Assembly: GCA_038087875.1 (NCBI GenBank)
Contig: CM075999.1
Span: 1,180,001-1,244,000, forward strand
DNA length: 64,000 nt
Direction of reading: 5' to 3'
DNA from: Malacoraja senta
Taxonomy: Eukaryota
Below are positions 24,110-37,145 of the stretch, one piece after another. The first letter of the stretch is position 1. Every line of letters begins with the position of its first letter. The position numbers were made by a program, and so were the translations under genes. Under the pieces are notes generated by a model. The model saw only the letters and a program-made list of their open reading frames with translations, was not told where the DNA came from and did not search any database.

Positions 24110-25468
24110 AATGTGAAAGGTACTGCATTGAAGCTGATCATTATATATGAGTTAAGAGACATGTAATAGAATCCAAATGCAAACAGCTTGTTTACTTTGC
24201 AGATAGACCATTAAATCGATTATTGTAATTACTCCATTTACCAAGATTGATAATAAACTAAGTACTAAAGCACAAATCAAAATAAGCTGTGGTGTCTTCA
24301 AAACATTTGCCGAACCAGGAATAAATATTCACGCGTCATCTTTAATTGTGAATAGGAATCTGACTCCCATGTACAACATCATTTTGTGAATGTTTATTTC
24401 AAACAAAACTCCTATCTCTCTTTCATCTATGAAAGAAGTATAATCAAAGAAACATTATTGAAATTAGCTGTAGGCTGATCGTGATTTTTCTGTAAGCATT
24501 GTCTCTTCAATATTCTCTGTATTCTGCTGCATTGATCTATCATTCAGGATAAGCCACAGTAAATTCAACAGATTCAGGAGAACTGCTCTATCTGGGGAGT
24601 TGTTAGAATAACAAATTGTCTCTCGCTGTGGTTGAGACGACCAACATGGTTGTATTTGAGTGGATGTTAGATAAGTACGTGAGACAGCGAGGTACAGAAT
24701 GATTTGATGATAATTAAATTAAAGTGGGGTGGGAGGGTGAATTACAGTGGGGTTGGGGGACACACACCTATCGAGGGAATGATTTCAACTTGCATTACCT
24801 TGGTCATAGCCTCAGAATAAAAGGACGTTCCTTTAGGAAGGAGACGAGGAGGAATTTAATTAGTCAGAGGGTGGTGAATCTGTGAGGAGCTGTGGGGGAG
24901 GGGGAGTGTGGGGAGGGGGGGGCTGTGGGGGAGGGGGGGGTGAGGGTGAGGGGGAACCTTCAAAACCTTCATAACTTTTGTACTATTTCACCAAGCTGTA
25001 ACGGGGATAGCTTGGACCCGATAGCAGCACAGAATCAGGCAGGTATAGTTGGTACTGAACTTTATTCCGATACTGTAACACAGGAATGGGTACATCGTAC
25101 TCACACAGAGACTCAGGATTGAGCGAGGGTTCCGAAGAGGGGCAGGCAGGTTCGAATCCTTGTAGGCAGTCGGGAAATCGCTGGAGAGTCTTGCATGAAT
25201 GCTGAGAACAATCTGGCACTGTGGGAACGGTGAGGAGAGTCTATATACCGGATTAATTGGTGATCAGAGGCAACTGAGTGCCACAGGTGAGGAGAGTTGG
25301 GCTGATGAGAGGGGAGTGGCAGGCAGGCAGGAGAGGACAGACTGTGACAGAACCCCCCCCTCAAGGGACGGCTCCTGACGTCCCAAAACAAAAGGAAAAA
25401 AAAAACAATAAAGAAAATAAACCCAATCCCACGCAGAGTTGGGTGGGAGGAGGGGGACCGGAGGAGGG

Positions 25469-26555
25469 CTAATATTCGTCCGAGACATCCATGTCCGCAT
25501 CCTCCTCCCTAGCATCAGAGGAAAGCTCCGTCTCGTCGTCACTGGGCACCTCAGACGGAAGAGGGGACAGAGTCTCAGGGGCGGCGACCCCTCTAGGAGT
25601 GGCGGACTTGGACGGCTGGTCGGGATGACGCCGGTGAAACTCCCTGATGAGGGAGGCGTCCAGGATGTGTCGAGCAGGAACCCAGGACCTCTCCTCTGGA
25701 CCGTAACCCTCCCAATCGACCAGGTATTGGAGACCCCTCCCGCGACGGCGGGAGCGCAGGAGGCGGTGCACCGTAAAGGCGGGGCCTCCGTCGATGAGAC
25801 GAGGAGGTGGAGGAGGAGGGACTGCGGGGACCAAAGAGCTCTCCCGGACTGGCTTTACTCTGGACACGTGGAACGTAGGATGGACCCGCATGGAACGAGG
25901 CAACTTGAGCATCACAGCCGCTGGGTTGATGACCTTCTGGATCTCAAAGGGACCGATGAACTTGGGTGCCAACTTCTTGGACTCCACCCTCAAGGGAAGG
26001 TCCCGGGTCGACAGCCACACCCTCTGGCCCGCGAGGTAGGTGGGGGCCTGGGTGCGGTGACGGTTGGCAGTCGTGGCGTAACGGGCCACGGAGCGGAGAA
26101 GAGCCTCCCTGGCTTGGGTCCACGTCCCGCAGCAGCGACGAATGAAGGCCTGGATGGACGGGCAGGAAACCTCTTTCTCCAGCGCCGGGAACAGTGGAGG
26201 CTGGAACCCGTAGGCACACTGGAAAGGGGAGAGCCCAGTGGCCGAGCTTGTCAGGGTGTTGTGGGCGTACTCCACCCACAATAACTGCTGGGACCAGGAG
26301 GAGGGATGCTTGGACACCATACACCGCAGCGCCGTCTCCATCTCCTGATTCTTCCTTTCAGTTTGGCCGTTGGACTGGGGATGAAATCTGGACGTCAGAC
26401 TCACGGTGGCCCCCACAAGCATGCAGAACTCCCTCCAGAACACAGAGGCAAACTGGGGTCCTCGGTCGGAGACCACATCGACGGGGAGACCATGGAGCCT
26501 GAAGACGTGGAGTAACATGAGCTCGGCAGTTTCCTTGGCTGACGGAAGCAGCTCC
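25469..26555 (-). pseudogene. Integrase core/C-terminus with chromodomain
   Basis: [54 protein letters not shown]; the HHCC finger and RNase H are absent upstream. Confidence 0.92.
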
Positions 26556-27790
26556 AGAGGAGTCAGGAACGGGCCAGGTGGTGACAGCAGAGACCTTGGC
26601 GGGGTCCATCTTGATGTTCTCTTGGCCAACGATGTATCCTAGGAAGGAGACTGACGGGGAGTGAAACGCGCACTTCTCAGCGTTAACGAAGAGCGAGTTC
26701 GCCAGGAGCCGATGTAGAACTGCCTGGACGTGGTGTACGTGTTCCTCCTTGGTCCGTGAAAAGATGAGGATGTCATCAAGATAGACGAACACGTACTTGT
26801 TCAACATGTCTCTGAGAACGTCATTGACCAAAGCCTGGAAGACGGCTGGGGCGTTGGTGAGGCCAAAGGGCATCACCCGGTATTCATAATGTCCCGTGGG
26901 AGTGTTGAAGGCGGTCTTCCACTCATCTCCCTCTTTGATGCGGACCAAGTGGTAGGCATTGCGTAGATCCAGCTTCGAAAAGATGGTGGCCCCCTCCAGG
27001 AGCTCGAAAGCAGAGGAGATGAGTAGGAGAGGGTAGCGATTCTTCACCGTGATGCCGTTGAGCCCCCGGTAATCTATGCAGGGACGCAGAGATTTGTCCT
27101 TCTTCTCCACGAAGAAGAACCCAGCCCCAGCAGGAGACGAGGAGGGATGGATGAGACCACCAGCCAAGGAGTCGTTTATGTATTTCTCCATGGCGCCTCT
27201 CTCAGGGGCGGACAGGGAGTAAAGTCGACCCCCAGGAGGAGCGGAACCAGGCAGGAGGTCTATGGCGCAGTCATAGGGCTGATGAGGAGGAAGGGAGGTG
27301 GCCCTAGACTTGCTAAAAACCTCCCCAAAGTCATGGTACTTGGCTGGGACCCCCATCAGATCCGGAGCAGCACTGGAGCAGGTGGCCGGTTGAGGAGCTG
27401 AGGCTTGCTTCAGGCACACTTGGTGGCAGGAAGGGCTCCAACCCAAGACGACCCCCGTCCTCCAGTCGATGTTGGGGTTGTGTCGCCGAAGCCAGGGGTA
27501 ACCCAGGATGAGGGGAAGACGGGGAGACTACAGGATGTGGAACTGGATGGTCTCATGGTGATTACCAGACAGGAGCATGCGCACTGGGACCGTCCGGTGA
27601 GAAACAGTCCCCAGGCGATGGCCGTCGAGGGAGTCGGCGGGAACAGGTTCAGGCAGGGGAACACAACTGATGCCTAGCTGGCGGGCTAGTTCCTTGTCCA
27701 TAAGATTAATGTCACAACCAGAGTCTATGAAGGTGGCGAGGGTGTGAGGGCCATCAGACAACAGCAGACGGGCATGACAAAGAGGGCGTC
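26556..27790 (-). pseudogene. Protease and reverse transcriptase, disrupted
   Basis: [51 protein letters not shown]; stop or frameshift near 27530. Confidence 0.9.
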
Positions 27791-28712
27791 GGCGGGAAAG
27801 TTCAGAGGTTCGACGTTCCCGTTCCTCGGGGGTGAGACTGGTGCGACCCACCTGCATGGGTTCGGGTTGCCTCGACGGTTGCCCCGACGAGGGTAGTCCA
27901 GTCTCCGGAGGAAAACGAGCTGGAGTGGAAAGCTGGCGGTCCGCCGGTCCCTGTCGCCTCTCCTGACGTCTCGCCAGGATGCGTCGGTCCAGACGGGTCG
28001 TTAGCTCGATAAGCCCATCCAGAGAAGAAGGAAGGTCGTGGGACACCAACTCATCCTTGATATAGTCATTCAAGCCCAGCAAGAAAGCGTCACACTGGGC
28101 CGGGCGGGGCGTTCCAATCACTCTCCCGGGCTCTGGTGCGAAAGTCAATGGCGAAGTCAGCGACGCTCTAGTTCCCCTGGCTCAACCCCAGCAGACCTCC
28201 CGCAGCGTCCGGACCCATCGCAACCTTACCGAACACCTTGCGAAGCTCCGCGGCGAAGGCCTGGAAAGAGGAGCAAGCCGGCGTGCGTTGCTCCCATTCA
28301 GCCGTTTCCCACAGCCGAGCTCTGCCAGTCAGGTGATTAATGGTAAACGCCACTCTCGCCGCTTCCTGGGCGAAGGTGTAGGGCTGTAGGGCGAAGAGAA
28401 TGGAACAGTTCGTGATGAATGGGTTGCAGCCCTCCGGGTCTCCAGCGTAACGCTCCGGGGTTCAGGTGATGTTTCTGGCGGACCGGGAGCTGGTGCTGTC
28501 GGAGCCGGAGGCGAGGCATGGGGTGTAGCCTGGGCGAGTGTGGTCGTCAGCTGTTGGACCTGGGTGACTAGTGCAACCAATGCTTGTTCTTGGTTTGACA
28601 CAGCCTGTCGAATCTCGGAGTTGGAGGCAGTGAGCATAGCTTCGTGCTGCAGGAGCGTGTGCTCAATCCTCCCGAAGCGGTTTGCCGGAGACGTAGTGTG
28701 CGCCGAGTCCAT
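27791..28712 (-). pseudogene. gag, frameshifted
   Basis: ATG just after the PBS (MDSAHTTS...), AFTINHLTGRARLW, FLLGLNDYIKDELV, PEPMQVG. Confidence 0.8.
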
Positions 28713-29087
28713 TGTTGGCCAGATTGTACTGTAACGGGGATAGCTTGGACCCGATAGCAGCACAGAATCAGGCAGGTATAGTTGGTACTGAACTTTATTC
28801 CAATACTGTAACACAGGAATGGGTACATCATACTCACACAGAGACTCAGGATTGGGCGAGGGTTCCGAAGAGGGGCAGGCAGGTTCGAGTCCTTGTAGGC
28901 AGTTGGGAAATCGCTGGAGAGTCTTGCATGAATGCTGAGAACAATCTGGCACTGTGGGAACGGTGAGGAGAGTCTATATACCGGATTAATTGGTGATCAG
29001 AGGCAAATGAGTGCCACAGGTGAGGAGAGTTGGGCTGATGAGAGGGGAGTGGCAGGCAGGCAGGAGAGGACAGACTGTGACACGAGC

Positions 29088-29245
29088 GGAACAAAACTTA
29101 TCTGACTTGCAGCAGAGGCGAATGGCGAGTAAGGTGGCGAAAAATCGTAGCGCTATGGGGGATTGTTTTTGCGCAAATTTAATTACAACACAGACAGGAA
29201 GTGGTCAAGATGAGAGTTTTAGTAATGTATACAAGATAGAGGATA
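29088..29245. mobile_element. Remainder of an older interspersed element split by the chromovirus (continues from about 24955)
   Basis: ataacttttgtactatttcaccaagc | ggaacaaaactt...ttttagtaatgtatacaagatag reads as one unit; family unclear, Helentron-like is only a guess. Confidence 0.35.
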
Positions 29246-29481
29246 GATAGATAGTGGGTGATGCATGCTATTTTGAAAAAGAAGTAATAATTATGAAATA
29301 TAAGCACAATACTCTCCACAATTAAAAATATTGGGATTGGAAATTTTACATGGAGTGGCGATGGGGTAGGGCTGCTGCCTCACAGTGCCAGAGACCTGGG
29401 TTCGATTCTGACCTCAGGTGCTGTCTGAGTTTGTACGTTCTCCCTGTGACCCGAGCGGGTTTTCTCCGGGTGCTCCAGTTA

Positions 29482-29674
29482 AGGACCTGTCCCACTTGGG
29501 CGTCATTGGCGCGTAATTTACGCGACATCATTTACGCATCATGACGCCGAATGGTGCGTGGTGACGTAGGCAGTGACGCGCTGTCGCGCACGGCGCCCCA
29601 GGATTTTGGGATGTACAAAATCTTCGCACGCCATCTGCGAGACGCGCAAATGACGCCCAAATGGGACTGGCCCT
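29482..29674. mobile_element. Harbinger/PIF-type MITE nested in an HE1-like SINE (about 29355-29810)
   Basis: aggacctgtcccacttgggcgtcat ... atgacgcccaaatgggactggccct with TTA on both sides. Confidence 0.88.
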
Positions 29675-30339
29675 TTACCCTCCCACATTCCAAAGAAGTG
29701 CAGGTTTGTGGGTTTATTGGCTGCTATAAATTTCCCCTAGTGTGCGGGAAGTGAACGTGGGATAACATGGAGCTAGTGTACAGGTGACTGATTGACGGCC
29801 TGGGCTCTGCAAGGTCTGTCGAAACGTCACCAATTCCTTCTCTCCAGAGTTGCAGCCTGTCTCGCTGAGCTACTCCAGCATTTTGAGTCTACTTATATAT
29901 AATCTTACCCCATATCCACTAAATTTTCCACACTAGCAGAAGTAAATGTACAGTATTACAGAGAGTTTGTAGCACAAAAGGAGGATCATTTTGTTTTTAT
30001 TAGCGCTACATGCACGTGAATGCTTATTTAGTGAATCAAATAACTTTGCTGGACAAAAATAAATGCAGTAGAGATTGTGAAGGGAAACTCAATCAGCTCC
30101 ACTTCCCCTACCTGCCATCCCTCCCCTGGCACCTTAGCCAGAAAAACATGCATGCACACAAGAACAAATCACTTCTGGCAGAGTTTGAAATATTCAGCAG
30201 GAATTGTCAATCACAAGTGCTTGTGGTAGGAGGTAAAGTCAAGGTCAGTCTTAATTGAGCTGCTCTTAGGTACAAATTATAAATAAGCAGAGCCCCTGGA
30301 GTTCAGCTGAAGTGGAAATCAAAGAGTGCTGTCAAAATG

Positions 30340-30865
30340 TGTATTGTGTTCAGTTCTGGGCACCATGTTATAGGAAAAATGTTGTCAAGCTGGAAAGTTT
30401 ACAGAGACGGTTTACAAGGATGTTGCCAGGGCGAGAGGGTCTGAGCTAGAGGGAGAGGTTGCGTAGGCTGGGATTCTATTCCTTGGAGCGCAGGAGGATG
30501 AGGGGTGATCTTATTGTGATGTATAAAATCATGAGAGGAATAGATCGGGTAGATGCACAGATCTCTTGCCCAGAGTAGGTGAATCGAGGACCAGGAGCAT
30601 AGGTTCAAGGTGAAGGGGAAAAATTTAATAGGAATTTGAGGGGTAACTTTTTTACGCAAAGGGTGGTGGGTGTATGGAACAGGCTGCCAGAGGAGGTAGT
30701 TGAGGCTGGGACTATCCCAACATTTAAGAAACAGGTGCATAGATATGTTTGGAGGGATATGGACCAAGCAGGTGGGACTAGTGTAGCTGGGACATGTTGG
30801 CCGGTGTGGGCAAGTAGGGCTGAAGGGCCTGTTTCCACACGGTATCACTCTATGACTCTATGATT
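30340..30865 (+). mobile_element. CR1 3' fragment
   Basis: RGNFFTQRVVGVWNRLPEEVVEAG; tail ctctatgactctatga. Confidence 0.88.
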
Positions 30866-31267
30866 CCAAAATATAAATTAGACAATAGACAATAGATAAT
30901 AGGTACAGGAGTAGGCTATTTGGCCCTTCGAGCCAGCACCGCCATTCAATGTGATCATGGCTGATCATCCCCAATCAGTACCCCGTTCCTGCCTTGTCCC
31001 CATATCCCCTGACTCCGCTATCTTTAAGAGCCCTATCTAGCTCTCTCTTGAAAGCATCCAGAGAACCTGCCTCCACCGCCCTCTGAGGCAGAGCATAAAT
31101 GCAAGCATAAATGATCACAGGTGTGACAGAAGAACAGAAGAAACAGGATCAGAAGTAGATGTACTGAACTCAGTCTGAAGAAAGATCTCGACACAAAACG
31201 TCACCTATTCCTTTTCTCCAGAGATGCTGTCTGACCCGATGAGTTACTCCAGCTCTTTGCACCATTC

Positions 31268-31444
31268 AGCTATGACTCACGATTGTCCCGCATGCTTCTG
31301 TACAAGTACCCCTCCTAGCCCCACCGGACTTGCATCTGCAATAACTTGGCTTGGTGCCTTTGGATCATAGTTACCCATTAGGGCACTCATCAAACTCTGT
31401 TTCAACGTCTGAAATGCAGTTCTTTGCTCTGGACCGAACACAAA
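31268..31444 (-). pseudogene. Isolated Ty3/Gypsy RT-RNase H junction relic
   Basis: Minus frame FVFGPEQRTAFQTLKQSLMSALMGNYDPKAPSQVIADASPVGLGGVLVQKHAGQS*VIA; below the ORF-track cutoff. Confidence 0.8.
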
Positions 31445-31885
31445 GTGCAACTCGTGCCCAGGACAGACAGGGCCCAGTAGGGTATTGTTGAATAGAGAGA
31501 ATATGGGGTACTATTATACCTTCCATCACCACCCTCTGCCTCATTCCATGAATCCAATTTTGTATTCAGGCAGCTAGCTCATTAGAGAACTTGAGCCATC
31601 CAGACAACATTTCAAAGCTTTTTCAATGGTAACCACACTAAACTCCTCAATATTCCTCTTTCACCATGTCTCAACAATTCAAATCAGGTTAGTTGATCTA
31701 TTCAAGGACAGGAATCTCCAGGCATATGATCAGAAAGCATATATGTGCAATACATGTGAAAATAAGATCACTGGACTGATAAATTACAATGCTTTTCAAT
31801 AAGAGCGCTTTTGCATTAGGGAAGTAATTTTCACTTGGCAGAGGAATTTAGAACTAAGGGAACCCATTCATGAAATTTGATCTAG

Positions 31886-32367
31886 AATTAATTCCCAGGA
31901 AAGCGGGACTGTCATATGCTGAGAGAATGGAGCAGCTGGGCTTGTACACTCTGGAGTTTAGAAGGATGAGAGGCAATCTCATTGAAACATATAAGATTGT
32001 TAAGGGTTTGGACAAGCTAGAGGCAGGAAACATGTTTCCGATGTTGGGGGAGTCCAGAACCAGGGGCCACAGTTTAAGAATAAGGAGTAAGCCATTTAGA
32101 ACGGAGACGAGGAAAAACTTTTTCTCTCAGAGAGTGGTGAGTCTGTGGAATTCTCTGCCTCAGAGGGCGGTGGAGGCAGGTTCTCTGGATGCTTTCAAGA
32201 AAGAGCTAGATAGGGCTCTTAAAAATAGCGGAGTCAGGGGATTTGGGGAGAAGGCAGGAACGGGGTACTGATTGGGGATGATCAGCCATGATCACATTGA
32301 ATGGCGGTGCTGGCTCGAAGGGCCGAAGGGCCTACTCCTGCACCTATTGTCTATTGTCCATTGTCTA
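31886..32367 (+). mobile_element. CR1 3' fragment, well-preserved subfamily
   Basis: GLSYAERMEQLGLYTLEFRRMRGNLIETYK...GEKAGTGY*; (ctattgt)n tail; close relatives at 30880-31092 (-), 34112-34467, 39317-39547 and 49362-49530. Confidence 0.92.
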
Positions 32368-33174
32368 ATTCAGAAGTCAATTTCGCAGGACAGTGTCAAC
32401 TCAGAGATCTTGAAAATCTGAAATACACTCCCCCAAATTTCAAGGATGGTAGATCAGAGGCAGGTAAATAGATTTAGACACAGATCAGCCATTATTTAAG
32501 TGATTTAAGGGTAGAAGGACTGAGTTCCCAATACTGTTCTGCGTAAGGAAGGATCTGCAGATAGACACAAAAAGCTGGAGTAACTCAGCGGGACAGCCCC
32601 GGAGAGAAGGAATGGGTGACGTTTCGGGTTGAGACCCTACGTTCTAAATTTTGTAGCTTCCAAATTCGCTCCAAAAATATTTATCCAACTTTTCTTCGTT
32701 TTGTGAGGAAGTCCTGTTAGTGTTAGACGTTCCAGGCAGCCCCTCGGTGCATAATAGAATTTCACGGTTGTCGAAGATGATCATGAGAAATAACACAAAG
32801 GGTAACACTCTTTACCAAGAGCTGTGTGGGTGAACTAACATTTAATTGAATTGTGCCTGCATGCACAGAAGATCCTTTACGTCTTTTTTCCACATCAGTA
32901 CTTTCAAATTGAAGATGCAATAGGAATTAAGAATTTTGCAATCAAAAAGAATTGGAGTGGAACATGGTTTATTTTTTTAGAATGGCACACATCATTAAAA
33001 TAAATTCAGTCACTCTCACTCCACACGACTGAAGCTTGTTTGAACTTTTCCCAATATTCAGCTTCACAAAACTGTGAAAGACAATTTAATAGAAGTGTGA
33101 TAAAATAGGTTATGTCTTGAACTTTATTAAAGCCGGTTAACCGGGGAGAGTAAGGGCATTCGATTAAACCTATC

Positions 33175-33660
33175 ATAGTGTCATAGAGGCATAGAGTGAT
33201 ACAGTGTGGAAACAGGCCCTTCAGCCCAACATGCCCACACCGGCTGACATGTCCCAGCTACACTACTCCTACCTGCCTGGTTTGGTCCATATCCCTCCAA
33301 ACTTGTCCTATCCATGTACCTGTCTAACTGTTTCTTAAACGTTGGGATAGTCCCAACCTCAACTACCTCCTCTGGCAGTTTGTTCCATACACCCACCACC
33401 CTTTGTGTGAAAAAGTTACCCCTCTGATTCCTATTAAATCATTTCCCCTTCACCTTGAACCTATGTCCTCTGGTCCTCGATTCCCCAACTCTGGGCATTT
33501 ACCCGATTTATAACTCTCATGATTTTATATACCACTATAAGATCACCCTTCATCCTCCTGCGCTCCAAGGAACAGAGACCCAGCCTCTCCCTATAGCTCA
33601 GACCCTCTAGTCCTGGCAACATCCTCGTAAATCTTCTCTGAACCTTTTCAAGCTTGACCA
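33175..33660 (-). mobile_element. CR1 3' fragment
   Basis: KLEKVQRRFTRMLPGLEGLSYRERL; VGVWNKLPEEVVE. Confidence 0.88.
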
Positions 33661-33756
33661 TACCTCATCCATGCATCCAAGAAAGACACAAAGTGCGCAG
33701 TAGCTCAGTGGGCCAGGCAGCAACTCTGGAGAATATGGATAGGTGATGTTTTGAAG

Positions 33757-34051
33757 TGGCGGCACAGAGGCGTAGCAGTCGAGTTGCTGCCTTCAAGGGC
33801 CAGAGACCCGGGTTCAATACTGTCTTTGGGTGCTGTCTGTATGAAGTTTGTACATTCTCCTTGTGACTGCGTGGGTTTTCTCCCGGTGCTCTGGTTTCCT
33901 CCCACAGTCCAAAGATGTGCAGGTTTGTAGGTTAATTGGCTTCTGCAAATTGTCGCTAGTGTACGGGGCGATCGCTGGATGGTGCAGACTCGATGGGCCT
34001 AAGGGCCTGTTTCCTGCTGTATGTCTAAACTCTAAAAGTCTAAAGTCTAAA
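33757..34051 (+). mobile_element. HE1-like V-SINE
   Basis: Head ggcggcacagaggcgtagcagtcgagttgctgcc, V domain and CR1-type tail. Confidence 0.85.
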
Positions 34052-35351
34052 GCAGGGGTTCCCAAACTTTTTCGTCCCGTTTACCCCAGGCAACTTTAAT
34101 AGCACATAACAATGTTATAAGATTGTTAAGGGTTTGGACATGCTAGAGGCAGGAACCATGTTCCCAATGTTGGGGGATTCCAGAACCAGGGGCCATAGTT
34201 TAAGAATAAGGAGTAAGCCAGTTAAAACGGAGACGAGGAAACACTTTTTCTCACAGAGAGTGGTGAGTCTGTGGAATTCTCTGCCTCAGAGGGCGGTGGA
34301 GGCAGGTTCTCTGGATGCTTTCAAGAGAGAGTTAGATAGGGCTCTTAAAAATAGCGGAGTCAGGGGATATGGGGAGAAGGCAGGAACGGGGTACTGATTG
34401 GAGATGATCAGCCATGATCACATTGAATGGCGGTGCTGGCTCGAAGGGCCGAATGGCCTACTCCTGAACCAAACACAGTCAGTCAATGAGAGAAAATATG
34501 TACAAATCCAGAATCAACTATTTCACCACCTGGGTAGGCAAATATTTTCTCCCGGGGGTAAATTTACCCCAGGTTTGGAATCCTTGGTCTGAAGAGTCGG
34601 GATCCTTCTCTTGTCCATCCATACATCCCTTGAGTCTATTACTGCAACGTCTGATTACTTAAATTATTCCAGCAAAATTTCCTCCACTAATCACAAGGAT
34701 ATGCAGTACTTGCATAAGAGTCAAAGACTTCCTTCCCATCTACTTTGCCTTCTCCCGTTCTGGGGTAATCACATGGTAGAACAATAGTGAGGCTGCAGCA
34801 ATCTCTAAACATTGATCCAGACACAGTCCATAAGTTTATAGGAACTGACAGGCCATTCGGCCCATCAAGTCTACTCCACCTATCAATCATGACTGATCCA
34901 TCTTTCCCACTTAACTCCATAATCCTGCTTTCTCCCCATAACCTCAGACAGCTGTACTAATCAAGAATCTGTCAATCTCCGCCTTAAAACTATCCATCGA
35001 CTTGGCCTCCACAGCCTTCTGTTGCAATGAATTCCGCAGATTCACCACCCTCTGCCTAGAGAAATCCCTCCTCATCTCCTTTCTAAAGGTACGTCCTTTT
35101 ATTCTGACGCCATGGCCTCTGGTCCAAGACACTCCACATCCACTCCATCCGGGCCTTTCACTATTCGGCAAGTTTCAATGAGGTCCCACCATTCACAGGT
35201 TGAGAAAGTCACACTGGTAAGAAGTGAAGTGCTCTTCCCAGCTGCAGTATACCCACCATCTGTTGTGTGAGTATGTATATCCCAAATGTTCTTCCCATCT
35301 GTTTGGCTGGCATACAAAACAAAGCTTTTCACTGTACCTCGGTACACATGG

Positions 35352-36393
35352 TAGGTATGTTACAATACTTGCCTTCAGTCACGCTGTAATTCTGCCACTG
35401 GCCGTGTGCGCGACTTTGGCGCCTTTAAGGGGGGGGCGGGGTTAAAACGCGGTTTCTCCTACCTTGTCCTGAATTATATTTTGTTGGAGTACAAGCGTTT
35501 GCGGAAGAATCGTTCCTACGGGCGTTTTGAGTATTTTGTTTTAAAAATCTCCCGACAAGTTCAGCGTTGGAATCATTTTAAAATCATCTTCTGAACCCGT
35601 CAACGCCAACAACGGGGACGGATTTCACACACGGGAAAGGTAAACGAAAGTGCTTTATTTTTATGTATAAACGTTCTCCTTAAGAGGCCTTTAATTCACA
35701 TTTTTTCATGCGACACGGTGATTTTTTCCCCCGAACTAACGGCAATAATTTTCATGCCAATACGGGGTTAAATTCACCACAAATGAACGTTCCAAATGAT
35801 CGCGTTCCAGAAATCCCCATTCGCAAGATGATATAAATTCCCATTAATTTACAGGTATTAAACATTCAATTGCTTCCATTTGGCCTGTAAATCCATGACA
35901 ATGAGATAAAAAAAATAAGTTATATTGTGAATTATTGTGTGAATGTTATTTGGACACTTAGGCTATTTAAAAATGTTAATCTATTCTTAAGAAATTGATA
36001 GATGTTTAGATCTAGTAATTGAATTTTGTAATTAGCTACAATTAGGTAACTAACTAATTATATGCTTTAATTTCATGTCATCTAAGTAAGATTGTTTCAT
36101 ATTTGTTTCAGAATGCTTCAATCTATAATAACTGAAAATTTCTTTCAGTTCTCTTAATTTTTAAGAAAGTTATGGGCTTTTGACTGTCCTCGATCACAGC
36201 TTTTGTGTTAAGTCAATGGAAAAGCAATAGGGAACAAGATGCTAATTTCCGAGTATGAAAATGGCCATAACCTTTTTAATACTGAAGATATGAAAGTGAA
36301 TTAGGTGTCAAATTAAACTTCTTTTTATGCTTTATGTGATGGGATAAATTACAGACTTGATTTTTAAAATCTCAAAATGTTGTAACATTGCTA
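35352..36393. mobile_element. About 1.04-kb non-autonomous DNA transposon with TAG...CTA termini
   Basis: Imperfect TIR taggtatgttacaa / ttgtaacattgcta; cacatgg duplicated at 35345-35351 and 36394-36400; second partial copy at 44377-44967. Confidence 0.8.
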
Positions 36394-37145
36394 CACATGG
36401 CAATAGGAAACGTAAATCTAATGTGAGAGTCGTGATAGTTTGCTCGACATTCACCATTCATCAATCTATGGCTCTTGCCATGCAGTCACGTTTCACTTTG
36501 AAATTATTGCAGTGGTCATTTGGCCTGTTTTGCATGTCATTGATGATGGCATGTGCCTTTAAATTTTTGACTGCCCGTTATATATTGTGGGTGGGATTTA
36601 TGACGTGTTTTTGGGCGTGTTTGGAGCTTAGATGCTTGGGCAGAAGTTTAGTTTTTAAGATTAGTTTGGAGAGACGATGGGGGAGGTTGACCCTTCTACC
36701 ATGCGGGGTCATGCGGGCCACATGCCAGATCTTGCCAGTGTTACGGAGACACGAGGAGTTTACTAATGTCTAAAGTAATAAGCTGGAGTTCGAAGAAGAT
36801 TGCAGTAACGAGTCGGAAGAATCTTGGATGTATCTTACTGTTTTCTATCAACAATAAAGCATTTATTCATCAAAAGACTGTGTTTTGAAGCCATATCTGA
36901 GAAGAAGCTCTGAAGGTCTCTGTGAGTGAGCTCGCATGCGTTTACAAGGCACCCCCTTCAACCATTCTCATCCAAATAGCGGCTAGGGTGCTAATTACCT
37001 TTTAGAGTAAAGATATGAAAATCTGCCACTACAATAATACTTTACCATACTTATTTCTATCCATTTGCCTTGTGTTATTTCTTCATTCTTTCTTATGCAC
37101 TTCCATAAGATTACCTCTCAGCAACTTGCTTTCCAAGCCCCAAGG

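Larger units (their letters stand above)
24997..29082 (-). mobile_element. sushi/Tf1-like chromovirus (Ty3/Gypsy), internally deleted
   Basis: 353-bp LTRs at 24997-25349 and 28730-29082 (6 mismatches by my count), TSD caagc/cgagc, minus-strand PPT gagggggggg, gag-PR-RT-IN-chromodomain. Confidence 0.95.

Noticed and set aside
24891..24954. G-rich tract with quadruplex potential
   Set aside because: Low-complexity part of an interspersed repeat with nothing indicating function.
25439..26284. 281-aa plus-strand ORF
   Set aside because: Antisense shadow of the GC-rich integrase frame.
32727..32812. Possible AG...GT exon
   Set aside because: Weak acceptor and no recognisable peptide.
36576..36890. 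Possible solo LTR (two aataaa, LTR-like composition) and 138-aa ORF 36357
   Set aside because: No clear TG...CA ends or TSD, and the ORF has no recognisable motif.
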